Shown here: in pieces, positions 29,094 to 38,092 of the stretch
Position numbering within the stretch: the stretch's first letter is position 1
How the letters are laid out: every line of letters begins with the position of its first letter
Assembly: GCA_964474895.1 (NCBI GenBank)
Contig: CAYYUK010000001.1
Span: 13,994-77,993, forward strand
From: Candidatus Woesearchaeota archaeon
Lineage (GTDB): Archaea > Nanobdellota > Nanobdellia > SCGC-AAA011-G17 > PNOQ01
Length of the DNA stretch: 64,000 nucleotides
Reading direction: 5' to 3'
The notes under the pieces: generated by a model
The model's input: the letters and a program-made list of their open reading frames with translations, nothing else
Database searches by the model: none
What the model was told of the DNA's origin: nothing
Program-made: the position numbers and the translations under genes

Positions 29094-30733
29094 ATTTCTT
29101 TATCAAATACCTTTTTTTGGTTGATTAGGATTTTTATAGTTTCTTTAGCAAATTTTTTATTATAGTGTGGAGAAACAGGATATATCTTTATAGCTGAAAT
29201 TTTATTTCCTTTGTAATTGATATATGACGAGCTGAAAGAATAATTTGGGCTATTGTTATTTTTTAAAATTCTTGTTTTGTAATCCCAAAGATAAAATTCT
29301 TTTATGTACTTACTTATTACTGGAATGTCTTTTTTCGGTAAATCTTCATTTGTAGTCTTACTTATTTCAGGTGGAAATAATCTTACCATTGTGGCAAAGC
29401 CATTTGAAAAAATATTTATGATAGATATATCTTTTCTATTATTAAGGAGTTCTCTAATTAACTGAGTATTCTCTACCAGATTTGATAAATTTCTTTGATA
29501 TCCTTCAATTCCGAGAAAATTTAGCGATGCTAGTGCTGCCAATGCAGCCCCCGCATTTCTTGAAGTTTCTAGCGTATAATCTGCAGGAGATATATAATTA
29601 ATCTCTCTTGCTAGTTGATGCATCTCTAGTTCAGGATTATTTGTTTTAGATAAGTATGCCAAGTCTGAAGTTTTGTTGAACATAATTATACTACTATTCA
29701 CTGGGCACCCTCCTATACCCTTGTGAAAGTCAACTCCCCAACTATCAGCATATTTTAATTGGGAAATTTTTAGATATTGTTTTTTTATTTTCTCTAAGCA
29801 ATTTTTTGATAAATTTAAATTATTTTTTTTAAAGTCATACTCTTTGAAAAATAACCAACCCCATCCAATTACGGAGTCTACATGAATATGCGGGGTGTAT
29901 TTTAGAGAATATTTTTTTACTAATTTGTCTCTAATCTCTATAAATTTTTTAATTTCATCTACTGTGTGATCATATGTGGTCCCCCCATTTAATAAAATTG
30001 AAGTTACAATATTTCCCTTCTTAAGTTCTTTTTCAAGTTTTATCGAAAAGTCATCAATATTACTAGTTCTATCTTTGTTTGCAATTATTTTTATAATTTT
30101 AGCTGTACCAATTCCTAACCAATCTGCACTTAATGAATGAGTAAAATGTGAATCTTCTGTCACAAATATTCTTACATTTTTGGGAACTCCTTTTTTATCT
30201 GCCCCTGGGCAATTCTTCTTTAACCCCACTTTTGTTGCGTAAAGATTGGTAGCTGTCCCTCCAAAAACAAATAATCCTGAACCTGGTTTTTTTAGGTCTG
30301 CTAACTTAGACAATATTCTTGTTATTGCTTTTTCAGCAACAAGTGCGTTTCCTGCCAGACCTTCATCAATAGAATAAATATTTTCATCTAAAGCAAGAGA
30401 GTATATTGCGGAAGAGGGTGTATTTACTGCAGACCCAACATTATACTGGAGTAATGGACTTCTCCAACGAAGGATACCTTGAAATAAATCACTTACAATT
30501 TTAGAAGAGGATTTTAGTGGGTCACTTGGTTTTTTTGGGATTGTGGAGTACTTATTTATTAAATTATTGTAATAATCCTTTCCAAACTTGCCACCTATTC
30601 TTGGAGATAATGAATTTGGGATCTTATGATTTAAAATTTTAAAATATTCTTTTAGAAAATGTGGGAGTTCATTATCTTTATATTTTAAAGGATAATATTT
30701 TCTGATTTTTTCGTATATTGATTTAATCTTCAT
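29075..30733 (-). CDS. PLP-dependent group II decarboxylase-like enzyme (fold type I)
   Basis: FVFGGTATNLYA, HIHVDSVIGWGW and candidate PLP-lysine motif SWGVDFHKGIGG match DDC/GAD/SPL-family signatures. Confidence 0.6.
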   Translation of the reverse strand: MKIKSIYEKIRKYYPLKYKDNELPHFLKEYFKILNHKIPNSLSPRIGGKFGKDYYNNLINKYSTIPKKPSDPLKSSSKIVSDLFQGILRWRSPLLQYNVGSAVNTPSSAIYSLALDENIYSIDEGLAGNALVAEKAITRILSKLADLKKPGSGLFVFGGTATNLYATKVGLKKNCPGADKKGVPKNVRIFVTEDSHFTHSLSADWLGIGTAKIIKIIANKDRTSNIDDFSIKLEKELKKGNIVTSILLNGGTTYDHTVDEIKKFIEIRDKLVKKYSLKYTPHIHVDSVIGWGWLFFKEYDFKKNNLNLSKNCLEKIKKQYLKISQLKYADSWGVDFHKGIGGCPVNSSIIMFNKTSDLAYLSKTNNPELEMHQLAREINYISPADYTLETSRNAGAALAALASLNFLGIEGYQRNLSNLVENTQLIRELLNNRKDISIINIFSNGFATMVRLFPPEISKTTNEDLPKKDIPVISKYIKEFYLWDYKTRILKNNNSPNYSFSSSYINYKGNKISAIKIYPVSPHYNKKFAKETIKILINQKKVFDKEIWQNKK

Positions 30734-31770
30734 TTTATGTAGGGGAATAAAGATTTGTTTGTTTTTATTTGTTTTCCCAAAACTATATCGTTAATTAATT
30801 TTAACCCTGCTAAGTAATAATATAAAACTCTTTTTTTATTTGGTTTTTCCTTTCTTGCATGGTATGAAGAAAAACTAATTGCATGAAATCCTGCCAAAAG
30901 CAGTAATTTTCTTAATTTGTTTTTTGGGATCTTATCAATATATTTGTCCTGTAGATATGCATATCTCCTTCCTATACTTTCTTTTGTTAGTTCTATTGAA
31001 ATCTTGTTCTTAGATTTGTTTAGTGAAAAATAATCTTCATGCACTTCGTCGTACCTAGTTATCAAGTGACAAATCATTTTAGATTCATCGTAATCTACGC
31101 TTCCAATAGTTTCGCCTCTTGGATCTATTAAAATAAACTCATTTTTATCGGCAAGTATGTTTGCAGTATGAAAATTACCGTGAAATAATGTTAGATATTT
31201 TGGATTCATTAAATTAACTAATTTTTTATCTTTTTTTAATAACTCAATTAGGCTATATATATTTGTTAGCTCATCCCCGTTTAAGAATGTGTTTGATTTC
31301 AAGATATCTTTATAATATTCATCTTTTTCAAGAATTTTTAGTGCAGAATTTAGCCTATTGAAATAAGCTTTTTTCAAATAATTTTTTTTTAATGTTGTTT
31401 TCTTTTGAGTATACAGGTTCTCTTTCATGAATAATGTAACCTTTTCTATATCTTTCCAAATTTGAATTTTATTAATTTTTTTATCTAAAAGTTGATCTGT
31501 TATTGAGGGAATTGTATGATAAGATAGTAAAAGTGAAAATGAATTTTTATCATTTAATTTTTCAAGAATTTTTGGGAAATAATGTCTTAATTCTTTTGGG
31601 AGATTTTCTAAATAGATTGCTTCTTTTTTTAATTTTTCTATCCCTCTTGGATCTTTTCCTTTATAACTTTTAATTATATAGTCATCACAAAGATATATCT
31701 TAGATAGTGATCCTCCTTTGAACTCCTTTTTTCTTTTATTTTTTAAAAGAAGTTTTAAGATTGAAGCCAT
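30730..31770 (-). CDS. APH/choline-ethanolamine-kinase-fold small-molecule kinase
   Basis: Brenner motif HGNFHTANIL and downstream ILIDPRGETIGSVDYDESKM (Dxx/DxD); N-terminal K-containing lobe. Confidence 0.55.
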   Translation of the reverse strand: MASILKLLLKNKRKKEFKGGSLSKIYLCDDYIIKSYKGKDPRGIEKLKKEAIYLENLPKELRHYFPKILEKLNDKNSFSLLLSYHTIPSITDQLLDKKINKIQIWKDIEKVTLFMKENLYTQKKTTLKKNYLKKAYFNRLNSALKILEKDEYYKDILKSNTFLNGDELTNIYSLIELLKKDKKLVNLMNPKYLTLFHGNFHTANILADKNEFILIDPRGETIGSVDYDESKMICHLITRYDEVHEDYFSLNKSKNKISIELTKESIGRRYAYLQDKYIDKIPKNKLRKLLLLAGFHAISFSSYHARKEKPNKKRVLYYYLAGLKLINDIVLGKQIKTNKSLFPYIK

Positions 31771-31854
31771 AAGAACTATTTTGGAAATTTGTTATAAAAA
31801 ACTTTCTTTTATTTTTAAGAATTGAAATTAACTAAAAAAAAGAAAAAGAAAAAT

Positions 31855-32334
31855 TTATTCGACTTGTGTTGTTATGGAACCTGTCTTTGTGTGGTCCAAA
31901 CCGCCTGCTCCAGTATAACCAAATACAACATCTCCCTTAAACTTACTTCCTGTTGCACCTATTCCTGTACAGTCTGTTGCTCCCCACGTTGTTAGGATCC
32001 CATCTGGCATCGTATCTGTATCAGTGCATCCATCAGTACATGTTAATGAACTAGTACATACTGCAGTACCCCCATCCGGATCTGTAATTGTAACTGTTAC
32101 AGCATCTAAGTCATCACCCATTCCGTTTCTTAACGTCAGAGTAATTGATGTGGCATCTTCAGCAACAACGAAGTCTTCACACGATATACCAGGAGTTATT
32201 GTACAACTTGCAGGTAAGAATCTTCCAGGACTTAATGCTCCAAAATATGCTAAAGCAGATATTGCCACTAAAACCACCAAGATGGCCCAGCCATAAGTCA
32301 TTAAGAACTCCATGGCTGCTTGTCCTCTTTTCAT
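31855..32334 (-). CDS. archaeal type IV pilin-like protein (class III signal peptide)
   Basis: N-terminus MKRGQAAMEFLMTYGWAILVVLVAI = basic KRGQ|A prepilin-peptidase site plus hydrophobic helix; Thr/Gly/Asp/Cys-rich mature part; GC far above neighbours. Confidence 0.65.
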   Translation of the reverse strand: MKRGQAAMEFLMTYGWAILVVLVAISALAYFGALSPGRFLPASCTITPGISCEDFVVAEDATSITLTLRNGMGDDLDAVTVTITDPDGGTAVCTSSLTCTDGCTDTDTMPDGILTTWGATDCTGIGATGSKFKGDVVFGYTGAGGLDHTKTGSITTQVE

Positions 32335-32369
32335 AAATTAGAAGTTATACTTATTATTTAAAAGATTAC

Positions 32370-33167
32370 CTACACAACATAGAAATATTCCATTGCTTCG
32401 CTTATTGTGCTTACTTCTATTATTTCTATACCTGTTTCTTTTGCAAGATCAACAGCTTTTGGTATTCTTTCTATGGTGCACCAGTCCATGTTTCCAAATT
32501 GTTCGCAATGTTCTTGTTCTTCATATGCAACTTCTTTGCTTTGTAATAATGGAACAAGTATTCTCCTTAGTCCTATATCCTTTGCAGCTCCTGCTTTTTC
32601 TAATACTCCACCTATTGGACCAATTGTTCCATCATGATTTACTGTTCCAGTTATAACTACGTCATCTCTTAATTCTTTATTTTCAAGTGCTGCTATTGTT
32701 GCTATTGTTAATGCCGCACCCGCACTTTCTCCACCTATTAGAGATGCTTGTGCATCAATTTTGTAAGTTATATCATACAGATCTAGATCTAAATTTGTTT
32801 GTTGTTGGGCTACCAATTTTGCTTTTCTTATGCTGTTTTGTGTATCAACCCAGAATAGTAAACTATCAATATCAACTAATGTTTTTCCGGTTCCTTCTTT
32901 TACTGTAACTGCGAGGTTTGTTGGAACTCCGTTGCCTTCTTGGTCGATTGCAGGAACTACTATCTGTGCTGTGTTTTCTCCTTCAAGAGGTATAAATAAT
33001 AATGTTGGTTCCACTTCATCTGGAATTATGTCAAGCAATTCTTCTCCAAATATGCCTCCAACAATCCCAAGTGCTAGAATAACTATTGATAAATAATATG
33101 TCCATGGTGCACTTTTTGTTTTTATTTTTTTAGAAACAGGTTTTTTTCCTCTTTTTTTATTAACCAT
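32370..33167 (-). CDS. membrane-anchored Lon-like serine protease domain protein (S16)
   Basis: N-terminal TM; IGGESAGAAL matches the Lon catalytic (G)PSAG Ser motif, with downstream Lys (EKAGAAKD). Confidence 0.55.
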   Translation of the reverse strand: MVNKKRGKKPVSKKIKTKSAPWTYYLSIVILALGIVGGIFGEELLDIIPDEVEPTLLFIPLEGENTAQIVVPAIDQEGNGVPTNLAVTVKEGTGKTLVDIDSLLFWVDTQNSIRKAKLVAQQQTNLDLDLYDITYKIDAQASLIGGESAGAALTIATIAALENKELRDDVVITGTVNHDGTIGPIGGVLEKAGAAKDIGLRRILVPLLQSKEVAYEEQEHCEQFGNMDWCTIERIPKAVDLAKETGIEIIEVSTISEAMEYFYVV

Positions 33168-33238
33168 GTTTTAATTTTGGATGGACATTATATAAACTTT
33201 TTGCTAAATTATATAAAGAGTGAAATTCTAATCTTGTT

Positions 33239-33511
33239 ATGAAAACCGAAAGAACAGAAGCATTGATGAGAATAGTTGTTCTGATTGTTTCTGGTTTTAT
33301 TCTTAGTATCTGGAAAATGTTGGTACAAGTGATAGTAGTTATCCATTGGTTGTATGCAATTTTTACATCAAAGAGAAGTAAAGATCTTGCAGACTTTTGT
33401 AATATTTGGAACACACAAGTTTTGGAGTTCTTACAGTACATAACTTTTGTGCATAATAACAGACCTTGGCCTTTTTCTAATTTAAAGAAATCAATTAAAG
33501 GTGGCAAGTAG
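33239..33511 (+). CDS. hypothetical membrane protein (DUF4389-like)
   Basis: 90-aa ORF with two hydrophobic helices; preferred over the overlapping minus-strand ORF. Confidence 0.3.
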   Translation: MKTERTEALMRIVVLIVSGFILSIWKMLVQVIVVIHWLYAIFTSKRSKDLADFCNIWNTQVLEFLQYITFVHNNRPWPFSNLKKSIKGGK

Positions 33512-33514
33512 AAA

Positions 33515-33832
33515 TTGTTTCAAGATTTAATTGGATGGTATATAGGTATTCTCGGAGTTATTGTTGGAGTTGTTGGTGGAATCTTTTTTCTTAAGGCATC
33601 TGCTGGATTGAAAAGTGGCTTGAAGAGACCAATAATTCATTTAGTAACTGCTAGTTTGCTTTACGTTCTATTTAGTGCCGTGATGATCTTTTTTGGAATA
33701 ACTCAAAGAGAAATCACAGATCCTGTATGGCAAGTAATTCCTATTTTGTATTTTATTAGTACAATCTTTTTTGTTGTTGGTTCTATTAATTTAGTTAAAG
33801 TTGTGAAATTGATTAGAGTTCTTGTAAAATAG
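33515..33832 (+). CDS. hypothetical polytopic small membrane protein
   Basis: 105 aa, three predicted TM helices. Confidence 0.4.
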   Translation: MFQDLIGWYIGILGVIVGVVGGIFFLKASAGLKSGLKRPIIHLVTASLLYVLFSAVMIFFGITQREITDPVWQVIPILYFISTIFFVVGSINLVKVVKLIRVLVK

Positions 33833-33835
33833 TTA

Positions 33836-33910
33836 TGCTCCCGCCGAGATTTGAACTCGGGTTTCGGCCTCGAGAGGGCCGCGTCCTGGACCGGACTAGA
33901 CTACAGGAGC
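33836..33910 (-). tRNA. tRNA-Glu (anticodon CTC)
   Basis: Revcomp folds: acceptor GCTCCTG/CGGGAGC, anticodon arm CGGCC-CTCTCGA-GGCCG, T-arm CCGAG-TTCAAAT-CTCGG; TTTTATAAAA box about 28 nt upstream. Confidence 0.75.
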
Positions 33911-33989
33911 ATGGGTTTGGCTTGATTATTTCTTTTATAAAATTAACTAGGAAGGAAAGAATTATAAGTCGTATGGAATTTCCTTTTTT

Positions 33990-34238
33990 ATGGATTATCC
34001 TATTGAAATAAATGGAAGAGTCGGTTTTATTGAAGGAACTAGTTTTTATGCTAAGATTTGGTGTTCTGATAAAGGGTGTCAAACTGTTGCAAGAGTTGAG
34101 TATGCTTTTCTTGGCTTTCTAGAACGAGAAGTAAAAAATAATAAACTCGAGGTTATTGTTACTGGTTTATCAGGCAATAAAGCTAGAAAAAAGATTATTA
34201 GGTATATTGCCCAAGACCTGAAATTAGAAAATAAGTAG
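33990..34238 (+). CDS. hypothetical small protein
   Basis: 82-aa ORF between two tRNA genes; stop overlaps tRNA-Gln 3' end. Confidence 0.3.
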   Translation: MDYPIEINGRVGFIEGTSFYAKIWCSDKGCQTVARVEYAFLGFLEREVKNNKLEVIVTGLSGNKARKKIIRYIAQDLKLENK

Positions 34239-34308
34239 TCCCGCCAGGATTCGAACCTGGGTCACAAGGCCCAGAACCTCGTATGCTTGGCCACTACACT
34301 ACGGGACT
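34236..34308 (-). tRNA. tRNA-Gln (anticodon CTG)
   Basis: Revcomp folds: acceptor AGTCCCG/CGGGACT, anticodon arm CGAGG-TTCTGGG-CCTTG, T-arm CCAGG-TTCGAAT-CCTGG. Confidence 0.7.
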
Positions 34309-34344
34309 GTAAAAAATGAATAATTATTTCTTTTAAAAAGGTTT

Positions 34345-34920
34345 TTAGAGTGTTAATTTGTTTTTTATCATTCTAAAAACAAAATATCCTATTGCAATAA
34401 TTGATATTGGCAATATGTAAAAAACATATGTTGTGAAGAGTGCAACTACATACATTTGCCAGATAAATAAAATTGCATATGCTATTGTTACAACTATTAG
34501 AACTACTTCAAGTATTTTTGACAGCTTTTTATTGTCTCTTGAAATTAAGTATAATAAAAAGAATAAAACCAGTGGTAGCAACTTTTGTATACTAAAAAAA
34601 AGCAAGCTCCCAATATCCAATAGTGGGTTTAATTCATCTAAAGAATATTTATTCAAGTAAACCCAAGTTATTATCCAATCCCATTCAATTAATAATGTTA
34701 GAAAGATAAGCAGATTTATTCTTTTATTTTTTAACTTTTTAATTAAAAATGTCAAAGGGTAGAATATAATTGATGCCATGAATATTACTAATAATAAATT
34801 GGTTATTATTTCATTTACAACAAAATATTGTGCTATTAAGAATATTATTGGAATTATAATTAGCAAGGATAATATATATTGGTTCTTTTCAAATTTTTTT
34901 ATAGATTTTATTATTAACAC
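34345..34920 (-). CDS. hypothetical polytopic membrane protein
   Basis: 191 aa, at least 5 hydrophobic helices. Confidence 0.45.
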   Translation of the reverse strand: MLIIKSIKKFEKNQYILSLLIIIPIIFLIAQYFVVNEIITNLLLVIFMASIIFYPLTFLIKKLKNKRINLLIFLTLLIEWDWIITWVYLNKYSLDELNPLLDIGSLLFFSIQKLLPLVLFFLLYLISRDNKKLSKILEVVLIVVTIAYAILFIWQMYVVALFTTYVFYILPISIIAIGYFVFRMIKNKLTL

Positions 34921-34979
34921 TACTAAAAGAATTCCTATTATTGATATGTAAACAAAATCTAATACGCTTAAAATTTATA

Positions 34980-35438
34980 TCACCCAGTTTTGCACGTTTT
35001 CGATTTTAAATCGTAAGTATAAATCTCTATTTTTCCCTCTTTTTCGAATATCCATTCTTTAAAGTTAGATTTTGAGTAGGTATATGTTATTGTTTCTCCT
35101 TCTCTTGTACAAATGTCTGTTGTTTCATCACCAACACCTTCGCTTGTACATTCAAAGTGTTTTTGTGAAATTTCAAACTTATTTTTTGCAATTAGGCAAT
35201 TATCTATATCTTTTACAGCATAACCACTAAAATCCATAAAGTTTAGAAATGAGAAAAATAGGGCACCCACTGTAAGTATCAATATCGAGAAGAATATTGT
35301 TTGTTTTTTCATATTTACTGAAAGTATTTTTAGCTTATATACCTTTCTACAAATAAACTTATAAATCAAAATATTATCTGAATTGGTATGATATTCACTG
35401 AAAGATTGTTTAATGGTAACGTTGATGAAGAGGTGCAT
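34980..35438 (-). CDS. hypothetical secreted/membrane-anchored protein
   Basis: N-terminal signal/TM (FFSILILTVGALFF), Cys-containing ectodomain. Confidence 0.4.
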   Translation of the reverse strand: MHLFINVTIKQSFSEYHTNSDNILIYKFICRKVYKLKILSVNMKKQTIFFSILILTVGALFFSFLNFMDFSGYAVKDIDNCLIAKNKFEISQKHFECTSEGVGDETTDICTREGETITYTYSKSNFKEWIFEKEGKIEIYTYDLKSKTCKTG

Positions 35439-36005
35439 AAACAGTTTGTAAGGTTTGGGCCCGGTAAGTATGAAAATAGGTCTTTGCTGAAGATTGTTAA
35501 GCCAAAAGATGTTTTGAAAGTTACATGTTCTTATGACTTAATTAAAGATTTGACTAGGGCTATTGGTGGTTCTTTTGAGAAAATATCTGTTGACGGTAAA
35601 TTATTCTATTCTGGGAAGAAAAAAGAAGAACTGGAGAAAAAAGAAATTTCTGGTACTGATTTGGTTAAATTTTGTGATGAATGTGAATTTGTTTTGTTAA
35701 ACCTTGAATTTCCTAGTGGTTCTTTAAAAGTTGGAAAGACTCTGCCTAAACCAGGTAGTGCTTTAAAGAAGAATTTCGGAAAAGCTGTGTTACCTTTGGA
35801 TTTTTCTGATAAAATTATTGATGTTGAATTTAAGAAAAGATTAGAATTATCTTGCACTTTTGTGATTGAAGATGTTGTTATTCCCAAAGAATATGCAGAT
35901 GATTCTGAAAAAGCAAGGTTATTTGCTAAAAGAAAGGGGAAACTTGTTAGAAACTTAATAATTGACGGTTCTGGGAGTGTTGTGGAGAAAGAATTTGAGG
36001 CTTAA
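35388..36005 (+). CDS. hypothetical protein
   Basis: 205-aa ORF upstream of the ribosomal operon; no motif recognised. Confidence 0.4.
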   Translation: MIFTERLFNGNVDEEVHKQFVRFGPGKYENRSLLKIVKPKDVLKVTCSYDLIKDLTRAIGGSFEKISVDGKLFYSGKKKEELEKKEISGTDLVKFCDECEFVLLNLEFPSGSLKVGKTLPKPGSALKKNFGKAVLPLDFSDKIIDVEFKKRLELSCTFVIEDVVIPKEYADDSEKARLFAKRKGKLVRNLIIDGSGSVVEKEFEA

Positions 36006-36087
36006 GCAAAACCTTTATAAATTGCCCAAATTAGCTAATCTTACCCTATTGATTGTAAGACGTTAGTCGCTGGTTCTAGACAGAAAA

Positions 36088-36098
36088 GTATATAAAAG
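36088..36098 (+). promoter_or_regulatory. TATA box (gtatataaaag) about 27 nt upstream of the rpl3 ATG
   Basis: Spacing consistent with a leaderless ribosomal-operon transcript. Confidence 0.5.
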
Positions 36099-36119
36099 CG
36101 TTAAGAGCGCAAATAACAA

Positions 36120-37067
36120 ATGTCAAAGTCACATAAACCAAGATCCGGAAGTATGCAAGTTTGGCCTAGAGTTAGGTCTAAAAAAATATATTCTACAATT
36201 AAGTCTTGGGTGAAATCTGATTCTCAAAATATCATTGGTTTTGCAGGTTACAAAGCTGGAATGACACATATTTTTGAAAAGAGTATAAGTCCCAGGACTG
36301 AAAACCTAAACGTGTTTACAGCTGTGACAATTATTGAGTGTCCCCCTTTAAAGCCTCTTTCTCTTCGTTTTTACAAAAAAACTCCATACGGTTTTTCTGT
36401 TATTTCTCAGATTTTCTCAAAAAATTTAGATAAAGAATTGGGCAGGAAAATAAACTTATCAAAAAAGGAAGCTAAAAACGAAATTCCAAAAGAATATGAT
36501 CATATTAGGCTAGTTGTCTATACTCAACCAAAATTAACAAAAATAGGTAAGAAAAAACCAGAAATATTTGAATTGCCTTTGAATGGAGACTTAGAATTTG
36601 CCAAATCTCTGTTGGAGAAAGATATTAAGGTTTCAGATATCTTAAAGGCTGGTGAATATGTCGATACACATTCAATTACAAAAGGAAAGGGATTCCAGGG
36701 ACCTGTTAAAAGATTTGGAATATCTTTGAAATCACATAAATCTGAGAAGAAAAGAAGATCTCCTGGTAATCTTGGTGCTTTTACTCCAAGAAAAACAGAT
36801 TGGAGAGTTCCACAACATGGTCAACATGGATACCATAAAAGAACAGATTACAATAAGTTGGTTTCACATATAGGTTCAGATCCTAAAGAAATAAACCAAA
36901 TGGGTGGTATCAAACAATATGGTGAGTTAAAAAATGATTACGTTTTAATTAAAGGATCTGTTTCTGGTCCTGCAAAGAGATTAATTATGTTAACTAAAAA
37001 TATTAGAGGTAAGAAGACTCTTAATGCTCCTGAAATAATTTCTGTGAGTCAAAGTTCAAAACAATGA
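36120..37067 (+). CDS. rpl3: ribosomal protein L3
   Basis: L3 family pattern; first gene of the conserved L3-L4-L23-L2 block. Confidence 0.9.
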   Translation: MSKSHKPRSGSMQVWPRVRSKKIYSTIKSWVKSDSQNIIGFAGYKAGMTHIFEKSISPRTENLNVFTAVTIIECPPLKPLSLRFYKKTPYGFSVISQIFSKNLDKELGRKINLSKKEAKNEIPKEYDHIRLVVYTQPKLTKIGKKKPEIFELPLNGDLEFAKSLLEKDIKVSDILKAGEYVDTHSITKGKGFQGPVKRFGISLKSHKSEKKRRSPGNLGAFTPRKTDWRVPQHGQHGYHKRTDYNKLVSHIGSDPKEINQMGGIKQYGELKNDYVLIKGSVSGPAKRLIMLTKNIRGKKTLNAPEIISVSQSSKQ

Positions 37068-37828
37068 AAGCCAAATTATATGATTTACAAGGTAAGGAAA
37101 CAAAAAGCATAGATTTACCTAAAGTGTTTTCTGAAGAAGTTAGACCTGATTTGATTAAAAGAGCTGTTTTTTCTTTACAGTCTTCAAGGAGGCAAGATTA
37201 TGGTGCCAGTCCACGAGCAGGTATGGACTACTCCGCTAAATTGTCTAGAAGAAGAAAAAAATATAGGGGCGGATATGGTAGGGGTATGTCAAGAATACCT
37301 AGGAAAGTCATGATAAGAAGGGGTACGCAATTTGTTTATACCGGTGCTATTGTTTCTGGAACTGTAGGTGGAAGAAGAGCGCACCCTCCAAAGGCAGAAA
37401 AGAATCTTGGACAGGCAATAAACAAGAAAGAAAATAGAAAAGCAATAAGATCTGCTATAGCTGCAACTTGTGAAAATGGAGCTACTGTTGTTGAAAAATT
37501 GGAAAGTTTATCTAAATCAAAAGATGCAATTTTATTATTTAGCAAATTAGGATTAGAAAAAGAGATTGAAAGAGGTGCGAATAAGAAAGTTCGTGCTGGA
37601 AAGGGAACTCTTAGAGGGAGAAAATATAAAAAATCAAAAGGTGTTTTGGTTGTTGTTTCAAATGAATCTGCAATGTCAAAAGCTTGCAGAAATCTTGCAG
37701 GTTTTGATATTTCAAATGTTAATTCACTAAATGCTGAGTTATTGGCACCTGGAGCGGTTCCTGGAAGATCAACAGTTTGGTCTTTGGATGCTATTGAAAA
37801 AATGAAAAAGGAGAAATTATTCGAATAA
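37064..37828 (+). CDS. rpl4: ribosomal protein L4 (L1e)
   Basis: Family pattern and position. Confidence 0.9.
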   Translation: MKAKLYDLQGKETKSIDLPKVFSEEVRPDLIKRAVFSLQSSRRQDYGASPRAGMDYSAKLSRRRKKYRGGYGRGMSRIPRKVMIRRGTQFVYTGAIVSGTVGGRRAHPPKAEKNLGQAINKKENRKAIRSAIAATCENGATVVEKLESLSKSKDAILLFSKLGLEKEIERGANKKVRAGKGTLRGRKYKKSKGVLVVVSNESAMSKACRNLAGFDISNVNSLNAELLAPGAVPGRSTVWSLDAIEKMKKEKLFE

Positions 37829-37830
37829 AA

Positions 37831-38091
37831 ATGGATCAATATAGCATAATAAAATATCCTTTAGCAACTGAAAAGGCAGTTAGGTTGATGGAATCAGAAA
37901 ATAAATTAATATTTGTAGTAGATAATAAAGCTAGGAAACCTGAAATAAAGGAAGCTATCGAAAAGGAATTTAAATTGAAAGTTGTAAAAGTTAATACTTT
38001 GATTGATAGAGCAGGACATAAGAGAGCTTACATTTCAATTTCTCCAGAAACACCTGCAATTGATGTTGCAACACAATTAGGTTTAATGTAA
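37831..38091 (+). CDS. rpl23: ribosomal protein L23
   Basis: 86 aa, family pattern and position. Confidence 0.9.
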   Translation: MDQYSIIKYPLATEKAVRLMESENKLIFVVDNKARKPEIKEAIEKEFKLKVVKVNTLIDRAGHKRAYISISPETPAIDVATQLGLM

Positions 38092-38092
38092 A

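Noticed and set aside
33160-33507. 115-aa minus-strand ORF overlapping the plus-strand 90-aa ORF
   Set aside because: The plus-strand ORF encodes plausible TM helices and is followed in tandem by another membrane-protein gene. The minus-strand translation is polar and low-complexity. Only one of the pair is likely real.
37336-37839. 167-aa minus-strand ORF inside the L4 gene (similar ORFs at 40206-40523, 40753-41175, 42797-43267, 44984-45367)
   Set aside because: These are antisense ORFs within highly conserved ribosomal protein genes, with low-complexity translations. They are artefacts of AT-rich, codon-biased sequence.
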